Positions 18,622 to 27,853 of a stretch of DNA of 64,000 nt are shown piece by piece (position 1 is the first letter of the stretch; each line of letters starts with the position of its first letter). The position numbers and the translations under genes were made by a program. The notes below the pieces were generated by a model. It saw only the letters and a list, made by a program, of their open reading frames with translations. It was not told the DNA's origin and did not search any database. The stretch is taken from contig CAZVKH010000001.1 in assembly GCA_964627095.1 (NCBI GenBank), positions 86,337-150,336 on the forward strand, written 5' to 3'. The DNA is from an uncultured Candidatus Saccharibacteria bacterium. GTDB taxonomy: Bacteria; Patescibacteriota; Saccharimonadia; Saccharimonadales; JAUPVS01.

Positions 18622-20778
18622 ATGACTCAATTTCTTAAAGACCTGTCCTACAAACTTACTCTCGCCGGAGTACTACTTTTAAGTATCGTCTTATTGCTAC
18701 CGCCCAATACTGCGTCAGCCCTATCGACTGCCGGCTTTCAGGCCGGCCGCATTATTGATGACGACATCTTCTTTAACTCGGCAACCATGACGCCTCCCCA
18801 AATCCAAGCCTTCTTGAATGCCAAGGTCCCGACTTGCGACACCAATGGCACGCAGAGCAAATCGTACTACTACAACTCCAGCAACGGCAAAGTTGACGAA
18901 GATGGTTCCTGGGTCACCACGACTCGTGCTGTTTACGGACAACGCTACGATGCTCATCACGGAACCTACTATGCATCAGCACCGTACACTTGTTTGCGTA
19001 ACTACATCCAAAACACGCCAACCATTGCCGGTGACGGACTGTGTGGCCAATATCCTGGCGCGGTTCGCTCGGCTGCCGACATAATCTATGAAGTTGGTAA
19101 GGCCTGTGGCGTTAATCCGCAGGTATTAATTGTGCTACTTCAAAAAGAGCAGAGCCTTATTACCGATACATGGCCATGGGGCAATCAGTATGATAAAGCT
19201 ACCGGTTTTGGATGTCCTGACACTGCCCCTTGTGACCCAACGTATGGTGGATACTTCTATCAAGTGTTCTACGCGGCTCGACAATTTAAGCGTTATGCAC
19301 GTGATGCTAACCAGTTTGGCTATCGAGCTTACCGTAACAACAATATCCTATACAACCCGAACCCTGCTTGCGGTAGTTCAAATGTCTACATTCAAAACCA
19401 AGCTACTGCCGGACTATATGTTTACACACCATACCAGCCAAACGCTGCTGTTCTGGCTGCTCCGGAAGGCCAGGTCGTTAACTGTGGTGCCTATGGAAAC
19501 ATTAACTTTTGGAGGATGTTCAATAACTGGTTTGGATCGTCAGTTATCGGGCAACGACTGTCGGTCGTTCATAAGGCACAAAATGGAACTGAGTTATACG
19601 CTGTTTGGGATGGTGTTAAATACTACATCCCAACCTACGACATAATGGTTGCCTGGGGCTTACACAGGCAAAATGTGAGCATCATAAGCGATCAAGCCAT
19701 GGCCGACCTGACAACCGGCCCAACACTTTCTAATATTGCTAAAATGTCCGACGATCCCAATAGCCCGTTATTCTTGTTTGACGATGGTAAGCGTTACCCA
19801 ATCCCCGGCCAAGCATGTGGGTATGCTCTGGATGGCGCCCCAAACCCTTCGACCACCTGGGGTCTTGATTGCTTTAACACCAATGTCTCAAAAACATACC
19901 CCAAAGCTTTTATCGAAAACAATAGTGCTCAAGATATCACCCTACCACCAATGATGGCATTCCAAGATTCTGTCTGGAAAATGGAAGGTGGTAAGAAGCG
20001 ACGAATCGTTGATAGTTTAGTTATTGATGTACTTGGCGGCTGGGGTAACGTTCGATGGATGAAAGATCTTAATGCTACACAGCCTGTCGGTAAGCTGCTG
20101 ATGCGTAATGGATATGCCGTTCGATTCTCGGGCTCGCCAGTGGTTTATTTGTATGACAACGGTCAGCTCAACACAATTCCTTCACCGGACAGCCTCTATA
20201 ACTGGGGTCTACACTCAGTCGTTCGCGACTTACCAAATTCTTTTAATACACCAGACCCACTCCCAATCGGCACAACCACCACTCAAATCGCGACTGATGG
20301 TTCGAGCTTTGCATTAATCGACAAAGGCTACAAGCTACCGCTCGGCAGTGCCACCGCTCAATGGCCAACCTCAGGCGCAACCTTAGCTCCAGGGCTTTTA
20401 CCAACCATGCCAGGCATTCCGCTCAGTAACGTCTTCCTGTCGGAAGGCAACGGCCAGATATTTACTATTTACGACAAAAAGCGCTACGTCTTCCCGACCA
20501 TGGATGACTTCTTTGCGCTGGGCACCAATCCAGCTGCTATACGACGTATTTCAAGCTTTATCGACACGCTACCCGGCCTTACTTACGGCGGGCTTCACAT
20601 GGCCAATGGACGCCTCTACAAGGTCAACAATAATCCCCATCAGATCTTTATGATCAGCGGCTCAAACAGCCTGCAAGTTAATTCCACCAACTACCCTGGC
20701 CTACCCTACGACAAGCTGATTACAATCGATCCAGTGGCCGCCGCCCGATACCCGCTTTCTGGCACCTATAATCCCTAG
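18622..20778 (+). CDS. secreted 718-aa protein: cysteine-containing N-terminal domain (possible lysozyme-like) plus repeated C-terminal modules
   Basis: The signal peptide ends in TASA-LS. The N-domain contains GVNPQVLIVLLQKEQSLITD..GFGCPD..C, and this motif is recalled from uncharacterised secreted proteins. The C-terminal ~400 aa hold recurring units such as DGVKYYIPTYDIMVAWGL, DGKRYPIPGQACGYAL, NGQLNTIPSPDSLYNWGL and DKKRYVFPTMDDFFALG. Confidence 0.6.
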   Translation: MTQFLKDLSYKLTLAGVLLLSIVLLLPPNTASALSTAGFQAGRIIDDDIFFNSATMTPPQIQAFLNAKVPTCDTNGTQSKSYYYNSSNGKVDEDGSWVTTTRAVYGQRYDAHHGTYYASAPYTCLRNYIQNTPTIAGDGLCGQYPGAVRSAADIIYEVGKACGVNPQVLIVLLQKEQSLITDTWPWGNQYDKATGFGCPDTAPCDPTYGGYFYQVFYAARQFKRYARDANQFGYRAYRNNNILYNPNPACGSSNVYIQNQATAGLYVYTPYQPNAAVLAAPEGQVVNCGAYGNINFWRMFNNWFGSSVIGQRLSVVHKAQNGTELYAVWDGVKYYIPTYDIMVAWGLHRQNVSIISDQAMADLTTGPTLSNIAKMSDDPNSPLFLFDDGKRYPIPGQACGYALDGAPNPSTTWGLDCFNTNVSKTYPKAFIENNSAQDITLPPMMAFQDSVWKMEGGKKRRIVDSLVIDVLGGWGNVRWMKDLNATQPVGKLLMRNGYAVRFSGSPVVYLYDNGQLNTIPSPDSLYNWGLHSVVRDLPNSFNTPDPLPIGTTTTQIATDGSSFALIDKGYKLPLGSATAQWPTSGATLAPGLLPTMPGIPLSNVFLSEGNGQIFTIYDKKRYVFPTMDDFFALGTNPAAIRRISSFIDTLPGLTYGGLHMANGRLYKVNNNPHQIFMISGSNSLQVNSTNYPGLPYDKLITIDPVAAARYPLSGTYNP

Positions 20779-20846
20779 CAATCCTTGAGTTTTACTCCGT
20801 TCATCAGTATAGTATTTACTAATTACAACTATATTGGAGGTTCCCT

Positions 20847-21686
20847 TTGGCAAAGACAAAGATGTTTAAATACGGCTCGTACAGTATCCCTGAAGATTTG
20901 GTGATTGCGACTGGTGGTGGCACTGACGATTGGGAACGAATCTCCCAGTATCACGTCGAAATGTACCGCAAATACACTCCTCTTAACCCCGACGACTTCG
21001 TGCTCGAAGTTGGCTGTGGTGTTGGCCGTGACGCCATTCAGCTGGCTAACATCCTGTCAGACAAGGGTAAGTACGTTGGTTTCGACATCATCAAGCCAAG
21101 CATCGATTGGTGTAAGCAAAATATCACCAAAAAGCACAAAAACTTCACCTTCCATTATTACGATATTAAAAGCCAAATTCATAACAGCGAAGGCACTATT
21201 ACAACTCGCGACATCAAGCTCCCAGCTAAAGATGGCACGGTTGATCGCATCTTCCTCCACTCTGTCTTCACGCACATGTACGAAAAAGACATCATCCACT
21301 ACCTAAAAGAATTCCGCCGCGTACTTAAGCCTGATGGCTTGGTTATCGCCTCTTTCTTTGTGCTTGACGACAAAGCACTAGACCTCGCTAGCAAAGGTAA
21401 GGGCAAGAAACACCGTCACCCGCTTTCATTCGAGTACAAGTATGGTAAAGGTACCTACATAAACGACAAAGATTACCCAGAAGGCGCGATTGGTTTCACG
21501 CCCAAAAAGCTCCAATCTATTCTCCGCAAGGGCGGCATTAGTATCCATGGTGGCTTCGTGCATCGCGGCGGTTGGTCAGGCATTAAAGAAGCTTCTAATG
21601 GCCAGGATATTCTTATCTTGAGCAAAGCTACTAAGCGCGAACGAATCGCTCAACTTTCACACCCGCTTCAGTTTACTGCGCGCTAG
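20847..21686 (+). CDS. class I SAM-dependent methyltransferase
   Basis: A TTG start lies 6 nt after GGAGG. SAM motif I is VLEVGCGVGRD and post-I is YVGFDI. Confidence 0.8.
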   Translation: MAKTKMFKYGSYSIPEDLVIATGGGTDDWERISQYHVEMYRKYTPLNPDDFVLEVGCGVGRDAIQLANILSDKGKYVGFDIIKPSIDWCKQNITKKHKNFTFHYYDIKSQIHNSEGTITTRDIKLPAKDGTVDRIFLHSVFTHMYEKDIIHYLKEFRRVLKPDGLVIASFFVLDDKALDLASKGKGKKHRHPLSFEYKYGKGTYINDKDYPEGAIGFTPKKLQSILRKGGISIHGGFVHRGGWSGIKEASNGQDILILSKATKRERIAQLSHPLQFTAR

Positions 21687-21687
21687 T

Positions 21688-22998
21688 TTAGTCTTTGCTA
21701 TTGAGAATATCGTTCCACAGCATGTCCATTTGCTGGTCCCAGGTATAGGCCAGCTCTTTTTGGGCATTCTTAACCAGCTTCTTGCGAAGCGCTGGATCAT
21801 CGATTAACATACCGATTTTCTCGGCCATAGCTAGGGGTGATGGCTCAGACAATAAACAATTTTCACCATCTCTGTGTAGCCATGTGTGGTCTTCGTTAAA
21901 GTTCATAACGGTCGCCATTCCCGAAGCCGTGTATTCCAGCATTTGGTACGAAGTGTGTGGAGTGAGCATGTACGAGAAACCAATGTCGCACGTTCGATAC
22001 AAGTCAGCCACACCTTGTAGCGACTTAATTAAACCAAGATTGGTTACTTTACCTTTGAGGCCATACTCTGCTTCGTTCCATGGAGCACCGGCGGTCACAA
22101 TTTCGATACTGCTGCCATACTTTTCGAGCAAATGCTGGATAGTCAAAATACCTAAGCTAAATGAGTTCCGCGGATTGAACGGTCGCGCATACATAAAGAT
22201 GCGAACCTTCTTATTAGTCGGACGATTAGGGTCTGGGTGATAGAGTTCGCGGTTAACTGTTGGCACAAAGCTAATTCCTTCGAGACCGTTACGCTGGTTA
22301 ACAGCCGCTAAAAGCCCGGGTGTATTAACAACGCCCTTAAAGCCAAATCGATAAGTCGATTCGGTGAGCGCCGAAGTCGAACCGGCTTCATAGAATTGTG
22401 GTTCGTAGTCCTGAATAAAATAATACTTACGCTTGGTCTTATTAAATTTAAGAAGTAGGTAAGCCGACACCCAGAAGGTACAAAAGGCGATGTCACTTGG
22501 TGCAAGTTTTTCGATATCATCAAGTTTGTTTTCACCAAAAATCACGATTTCGTAATTATTGATATTCGGGAAGTGCTCCTTCATTTGGCTTTCAAAACTG
22601 GCTACATCAAAGCCCGGGTTGTCATAAATAACGATAGTGTTATGCACTCCCTCAACACTCAGCTTTTCGACAAAGCGGAAAATTGTCTGAATACCATTAA
22701 AACCAAAGTGATTGAAATACGGAATAAACCAAGTGGCGGTCTTAATGTCCTTTGGCTTAGCAACCTGCGTACACTTTTTGCTAGCCTCTAAATCTTGACT
22801 GGTAATCTGAAATATCTCGTTCGATAAAAAGCCGTACTCTTCGCGGAGCTTTTTGTGTTCGGCCGACTGTCCAGGCACCAAAAGGCTTGGCCTCAGTAAA
22901 CCCGCACGGTAGCGGAGTGTGCTTTTGGTTTTTTGGGCGATGCCTTTAACACCTTGGTTCTTATAAACGTGCTTGGCTTTTCTTAGCATTTTACTCAT
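21688..22998 (-). CDS. glycosyltransferase (WsaF-like rhamnosyltransferase family candidate)
   Basis: A 436-aa GT-B-like protein. The N-terminal TWFIPYFNHFGFNGIQTIFRF resembles the WsaF-type family as I recall it. An ATGA overlap with the upstream dual-GT2 gene indicates translational coupling. Confidence 0.6.
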   Translation of the reverse strand: MSKMLRKAKHVYKNQGVKGIAQKTKSTLRYRAGLLRPSLLVPGQSAEHKKLREEYGFLSNEIFQITSQDLEASKKCTQVAKPKDIKTATWFIPYFNHFGFNGIQTIFRFVEKLSVEGVHNTIVIYDNPGFDVASFESQMKEHFPNINNYEIVIFGENKLDDIEKLAPSDIAFCTFWVSAYLLLKFNKTKRKYYFIQDYEPQFYEAGSTSALTESTYRFGFKGVVNTPGLLAAVNQRNGLEGISFVPTVNRELYHPDPNRPTNKKVRIFMYARPFNPRNSFSLGILTIQHLLEKYGSSIEIVTAGAPWNEAEYGLKGKVTNLGLIKSLQGVADLYRTCDIGFSYMLTPHTSYQMLEYTASGMATVMNFNEDHTWLHRDGENCLLSEPSPLAMAEKIGMLIDDPALRKKLVKNAQKELAYTWDQQMDMLWNDILNSKD

Positions 22999-24773
22999 TC
23001 GTAATTTCCTCTTATTCCAATCTGTTCATTCATAATATCGAGGTTAGGGTTAAAGTAGGGGTCTTTCCAGTTTAGATATGGCCGATAATAGGTTAGCGAA
23101 TGGTCATAATCACCAGCCGGAACATTTTGATACGAACCAACCGAAACATTTTCGTAGTGAATCAGTTTAGCAAACGGCCAATAGACGTTGCGATAACCAG
23201 CTTCGCTAAGCTTGATTCCAAACGAAACATCGTTACCGGCAATTATGAACTTTTCATCCAATCCACCCATACTAGTATACGTCTTTTTATTAATTACCAG
23301 ACACGCACCGGTCACCGCCAAGTAATTTCGAGGCCAGGCGGCCATTCCAAAATCGGTCCAGTCGGTTGGTAGCCTTTTCCGAAATGGATGACCGGCCATT
23401 GTACCCATCCCAAGTGTAATTCCGGCATGCTGAATTGTTTTATCAGGGTAGTGCAGCAATGCTCCAACTGCACCAATCTTTGGCTGAGAAGCCACGCCAA
23501 TTAATTCTTCGAGCCACTCCTCCGTAATAACCTCGGTGTCGTTATTAAGCAGCACTAGATACTCGCCTGTAGCTTGCTGGCTCCCGTAATTATTAACAGC
23601 CGAGTAGTTAAATGGGTGATCCCAGTAAAAGACCTTACAACGCTTCTCCGTCTTAAGTTCAGCCAAATAATCGTGGGTTTCAGTTTCGGTACTGTTATTT
23701 GAAACCAAGATTATTTCATAATTTTTATAGGTGGTCTTTTGCAAGATACTACCGACGCATTGCTTGAGCAAATCGGCTTTATCCTTAAATGGAATAATAA
23801 TCGATACTTTTGGCTGCTTGGTTGGGAGTTGGTATTTTAGACGGTAGTTAGTTGGGCGATCAGTAATTTCAATAACATCGGCCTTAATCTTGCGACGTTT
23901 AACGGCATCTTTTAAGGCTTGTTGGCCAGCGCTATCGGCATAGTTTTTCTCGCCAGCATTGTTAGCCGTTGAACCGTCTGCCAAACGCCAGTGATACAGC
24001 ATTTTGGAAATGTGCTTTATCTTGGTCGTTTGTTCAGTAAATCTTAGAAGAAAATCGTAGTCCTGGGCGCCATCAAAGCCTTTGCGGAGCTGGCCGATTT
24101 TATTAACAATTGTTTTTCGTGCCACTACAAAATGAGTAATGTAGTTCACCCCTAGCAAAAGTTCTGGCGACCAGTCTGGCTTAAAGAATGGTAGCAACCG
24201 AGTTTTGCCATCATCGCTTAATTTGTCTTCGTCGGAATAAATTAGGTCTAGTGTCTTGTCTTCATTCAAAGCGACCACCACTTCGAGTAAGGCATGTTCG
24301 CTCAACACATCATCGTGATCATGGAACGCAATAAACTCCCCCTTAGCTACCTCAATACCCCTGTTGGTGTTACCAACAATGCCAAGGTTTTCTGATATCT
24401 CAAGGCAGGTAATTCTTTCGTCCTGTTCGGCCACGTCCTTAATTCGTTCCCGGGCGACTTTGTCAGTTGAACCATTCACTAAACATAGTTCCCAATTAGA
24501 ATAGGTTTGTTTTAAAACAGCATCTACCAGTGGGTCAAGATACTTTTGCGGCGTGTTGTAACAAGGTACGACAATTGTTATTAACGGTCTATAGCTCAGA
24601 TCTTTTTCGGAAACCTTAGTAAATAGCTCTGGTTCGTTCTGCTGAATCCATTGCTCATACGAAATTGAAGTCACTGGAGCGGGCTGGCCTGACCGTGCTG
24701 ATGAAGCAATTTTTTTCGCGATTAATCGCCGCTTGCTGCCAACTGGTAGTAGGTGATTAATTATCTTTTTCAT
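22995..24773 (-). CDS. bifunctional glycosyltransferase with two GT2 (GT-A) domains
   Basis: There are two copies of the GT2 signature: ITIVVPCYNTPQKYL...HDHDD and VSIIIPFKDKADLL...LLNNDTE. I set the start at the ATG at 24773 (MKKIINH, preceded by AAGGG) instead of the track start at 24821, which overlaps the upstream gene. Confidence 0.8.
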   Translation of the reverse strand: MKKIINHLLPVGSKRRLIAKKIASSARSGQPAPVTSISYEQWIQQNEPELFTKVSEKDLSYRPLITIVVPCYNTPQKYLDPLVDAVLKQTYSNWELCLVNGSTDKVARERIKDVAEQDERITCLEISENLGIVGNTNRGIEVAKGEFIAFHDHDDVLSEHALLEVVVALNEDKTLDLIYSDEDKLSDDGKTRLLPFFKPDWSPELLLGVNYITHFVVARKTIVNKIGQLRKGFDGAQDYDFLLRFTEQTTKIKHISKMLYHWRLADGSTANNAGEKNYADSAGQQALKDAVKRRKIKADVIEITDRPTNYRLKYQLPTKQPKVSIIIPFKDKADLLKQCVGSILQKTTYKNYEIILVSNNSTETETHDYLAELKTEKRCKVFYWDHPFNYSAVNNYGSQQATGEYLVLLNNDTEVITEEWLEELIGVASQPKIGAVGALLHYPDKTIQHAGITLGMGTMAGHPFRKRLPTDWTDFGMAAWPRNYLAVTGACLVINKKTYTSMGGLDEKFIIAGNDVSFGIKLSEAGYRNVYWPFAKLIHYENVSVGSYQNVPAGDYDHSLTYYRPYLNWKDPYFNPNLDIMNEQIGIRGNYE

Positions 24774-24786
24774 ACTTTGGCGGCCC

Positions 24787-25812
24787 TTACTTTTCGGTGT
24801 GATTCTTTTTATGTGATTCACTCTTCAGTAAGTGAGCGGCCTGTCGTTTAATCCGTTGGATTGTTCGCTTATCCTCAAGTTCATTAATTTTTTTCCATAA
24901 TTCAACACTGTTATCGTGAAGTTGATTGGCTCTTCCTGCTTCGTGTTCGTGCATAGTTCGAAGGTTCTGATTTTCTTCGGTCATTTTAGTCAGCAGCAAG
25001 CTGTGATACTCGTGCATTTCGGTTACTAGTGATAGTTTTTGTGACAAGTTGAGTGGCTTATTCTTCTTTGCAAAGTGTGCTTGCAACTTTTTGCTATCGC
25101 TTTGGTTCTTCATGGCGCACAAAATGAGTCGATAGGTATTGCTCAGGTCATCACCGCCATCATATGGATAATGCTCATTGTAGTGTTCGTTAATTTCGAT
25201 TAACTTTGGTGCGGCCATTGGGAACTTAGAGTTCAAGAAAATAATACCTTGCATTAACGTCCATAGTAATGTGTCATTACTTGGGAATTTAACGGTGTAC
25301 AAGCCTTTTTTGTTAATAAACTGCTCTATATCTACGTAGTCGGGCAAGGTATAGTCGATGTGTTCTTTAAGCCAACGATGCTCTTTGCCGTGTAACGTTT
25401 TGTGTAGCTCGTTCAACGACTCTTCGGCCTTTTCATTCTCGGGAGTTTTATGAGGGGCCGAGAAAATTGCTCCACGACTGGCAACTCGAACACATTCATC
25501 GACAAATAGATGCCTACCCTTAACTGGAATATGTTCTAAAACATCGAAGTTCAAGACAAAATCAAAACTTCCGTCTTTAAATGGCAGCTTTGTTCCGTCG
25601 CCCTTAACGTAATTATTCTCTTCGACGTCAAAAACATCGAGCACAATCACTTCATCTTTCGGGAAAAACTCAGCGGTTCGTCCTTTGTAACCACCAACAT
25701 CAAGGATCTTAAATGATTTGCCGGCATCTCGCAGATCGTTAACAATAGCAGCAACTTGAAACTGGCGACTGTACTGGTCGAAAGGTGTATCTTTTTGTAG
25801 CTGATTGCCCAT
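24787..25812 (-). CDS. SAM-dependent methyltransferase with a C-terminal coiled-coil tail (WbdD-like chain-terminator candidate)
   Basis: SAM motif I is ILDVGGYKG and acidic post-I is VLDVFD. The last ~90 aa are heptad-like and charged (LVTEMHEYHSLLLTKMTEENQNLRTMHEHE...LWKKINELEDKRTIQRIKRQ). The start is set at the ATG at 25812 (MGNQLQK), 4 nt after the wzt stop. Confidence 0.7.
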   Translation of the reverse strand: MGNQLQKDTPFDQYSRQFQVAAIVNDLRDAGKSFKILDVGGYKGRTAEFFPKDEVIVLDVFDVEENNYVKGDGTKLPFKDGSFDFVLNFDVLEHIPVKGRHLFVDECVRVASRGAIFSAPHKTPENEKAEESLNELHKTLHGKEHRWLKEHIDYTLPDYVDIEQFINKKGLYTVKFPSNDTLLWTLMQGIIFLNSKFPMAAPKLIEINEHYNEHYPYDGGDDLSNTYRLILCAMKNQSDSKKLQAHFAKKNKPLNLSQKLSLVTEMHEYHSLLLTKMTEENQNLRTMHEHEAGRANQLHDNSVELWKKINELEDKRTIQRIKRQAAHLLKSESHKKNHTEK

Positions 25813-25816
25813 TTGC

Positions 25817-27010
25817 TTAATTCCAGGTAGCTTCGAGGTTAATTTTGCCATACTGGACTTCGTCGGTGTTCACAAAGAAACCAACGTCATCAATAATATC
25901 GTACTGCTGAACAATATCCTTGTCGAACAGAGCAACTGTTAGACGATATTGACCCATGTTAAACGGCAGCTTTTCTATTTTGTACTCATAGACTTCTTGG
26001 CCCGCAGTAAAGTTTAGGTGCTTGGTATTTGGACCAGCCAGGTTGACATTTTCGGTATCGTAAACTGCCAAGCCAAGCGTTATGCCTTTTTTGTCGGATA
26101 CATTCTTTTTATTTCGGCCAACTTTAATGCGAACTGTCATCGAATCACCTTGGCGGAACTTCTTAACGCTATTGCCTTTGCCATTAATTAGTTCGACCTC
26201 TTTTATGTACAGGTCTTTTTGTGATCGGGTGCGCGGCTTATCATCGACGGTTTTTTGTGGATGATTCAACTCGTTGTAGTAAGCAACCGCTGTTGGGATA
26301 TCATAAATACCATTGTTGCGACGGTCTTTATCGAGTAGCAGAACTCGGTCACAAAATCGTTCGACATTACTCATATCGTGCGTCACAAATACTACTGTTG
26401 TGTTAGATTGCTTAACGCCGGAAAAATACTTAAAACATTTCTCTTGGAAGCTTTGATCACCAACCGCCAAAACTTCATCGATTAACAGGATGTCGGTTTC
26501 GGCTCGAATCGCAATAGAGAATGCCAAACGCACCTGCATACCAGAGGAGTAATTCTTAAGTTTCTGGTCCATAAATCGTTCTAGTTCAGCAAACTTAACG
26601 ATGTCGTCGTACTTTTCGTTCATCTCTTTGCGAGTAAAGCCAAGTAAAGCGCCGTTGAGAAAGACGTTCTCTCGACCGGTCAGCTCGGGGTTAAAGCCAA
26701 CACCGAGTTCGATGAAAGGTGTTAGTTTGCCATTAACCTTAACCGAACCAGTTGTCGGTACATATATTCCGGCTAACAGCTTTAAGAGCGTACTCTTACC
26801 GCTACCGTTACGGCCAACAATACCAAAGAACTCTCCCCGTTTTACATCAAACGAAACGTCTTTAAGGACTTTTTGAATTTCATAGCCCTTTTTCTGACTA
26901 AATACATTAATGAGCGAGCCTTTGATGGAACTGTTCTTTTCGTGCGGTAATTTAAACGTCTTACTAAGACCGTTCACTTCCATAATGTTATCTTCGGGAG
27001 GGTGAGCCAT
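25817..27010 (-). CDS. wzt: polysaccharide ABC exporter ATP-binding protein with a C-terminal extension (Wzt/TagH type)
   Basis: Walker A is GRNGSGKST, the signature is YSSGMQVRL and Walker B is ILLIDEVL. About 150 extra beta-rich C-terminal residues resemble a Wzt-type carbohydrate-binding domain. The start is set at 27010 (MAHPPEDN), 1 nt after the wzm stop. Confidence 0.9.
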   Translation of the reverse strand: MAHPPEDNIMEVNGLSKTFKLPHEKNSSIKGSLINVFSQKKGYEIQKVLKDVSFDVKRGEFFGIVGRNGSGKSTLLKLLAGIYVPTTGSVKVNGKLTPFIELGVGFNPELTGRENVFLNGALLGFTRKEMNEKYDDIVKFAELERFMDQKLKNYSSGMQVRLAFSIAIRAETDILLIDEVLAVGDQSFQEKCFKYFSGVKQSNTTVVFVTHDMSNVERFCDRVLLLDKDRRNNGIYDIPTAVAYYNELNHPQKTVDDKPRTRSQKDLYIKEVELINGKGNSVKKFRQGDSMTVRIKVGRNKKNVSDKKGITLGLAVYDTENVNLAGPNTKHLNFTAGQEVYEYKIEKLPFNMGQYRLTVALFDKDIVQQYDIIDDVGFFVNTDEVQYGKINLEATWN

Positions 27011-27011
27011 C

Positions 27012-27833
27012 TTATATATTCTCCGCAAAATATTTTGATTCTTTTCTGAAATAAACCACACCAATTACCAGTACTGCTAAGGTAATGAAGTACGGGATAA
27101 ACATAAACCAACCACCGTTAAAAACATCACTAATCGTGGTCGTACTATGGGTAACTGTCACATAACGAGCATTCTGAATCGAAACTGCCATTGGATTCAT
27201 GAACAATACCTTCTTGAGAGTTTCGTCAGTAATCCTAGAGAGCGGATACAAAATTGGCGTAATGTAAAACATTGCCTGTAAGACCACTTCCCAGATGTAG
27301 CTAATATCGCGATATTTCACAAAAGCCGCCGATAAGAACAACGACACTCCGAGTGAGAAGATATAGACATGCAACAAAATCAATGGCAACAGTACAATTG
27401 TTTGCATCAAGTCTACCTTGTTAACCACCATAAAGACGGCAATCACAATCATATTGAGCGATAAGTTAATCAGCGCCGAGATACTGCTCGAAAAAACAAT
27501 CGTCCAGCGTGGAATCTTAATTTTCCGAATTAAATCGCCGCGTCCAACGATTGACCCCAAACTCTGCACAGTCATTTCGTTAAAGAAGTTCCAGATTACA
27601 ATACCGAGCAACAAGTAGACCGGGAAGTGCGGCACACCATCACCCAGTTTCAAGAATTTAACGAAGACGATGTAGAGAATTAAGAAGAGGAGCAGTGGTC
27701 GGAGTAATGACCACATATAGCCGAGTACCGATCCCTGATACCTAAGCTTAAAGTCTGTTCGTACCAATTCGCTTAATAGAGCGCGGTTCTTTTTTGAAAA
27801 AATATGTTTCATGAGGTTTCTACGTCCATTCAT
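27012..27833 (-). CDS. wzm: polysaccharide ABC exporter permease (Wzm/TagG, ABC-2 type)
   Basis: 273 aa with six TM helices. The N-terminal ELVRTDFKLRYQGSVLGYMWSLLRPLL is the ABC-2 permease signature. Confidence 0.85.
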   Translation of the reverse strand: MNGRRNLMKHIFSKKNRALLSELVRTDFKLRYQGSVLGYMWSLLRPLLLFLILYIVFVKFLKLGDGVPHFPVYLLLGIVIWNFFNEMTVQSLGSIVGRGDLIRKIKIPRWTIVFSSSISALINLSLNMIVIAVFMVVNKVDLMQTIVLLPLILLHVYIFSLGVSLFLSAAFVKYRDISYIWEVVLQAMFYITPILYPLSRITDETLKKVLFMNPMAVSIQNARYVTVTHSTTTISDVFNGGWFMFIPYFITLAVLVIGVVYFRKESKYFAENI

Positions 27834-27853
27834 TATAGAATAAAGAAGAGCCT

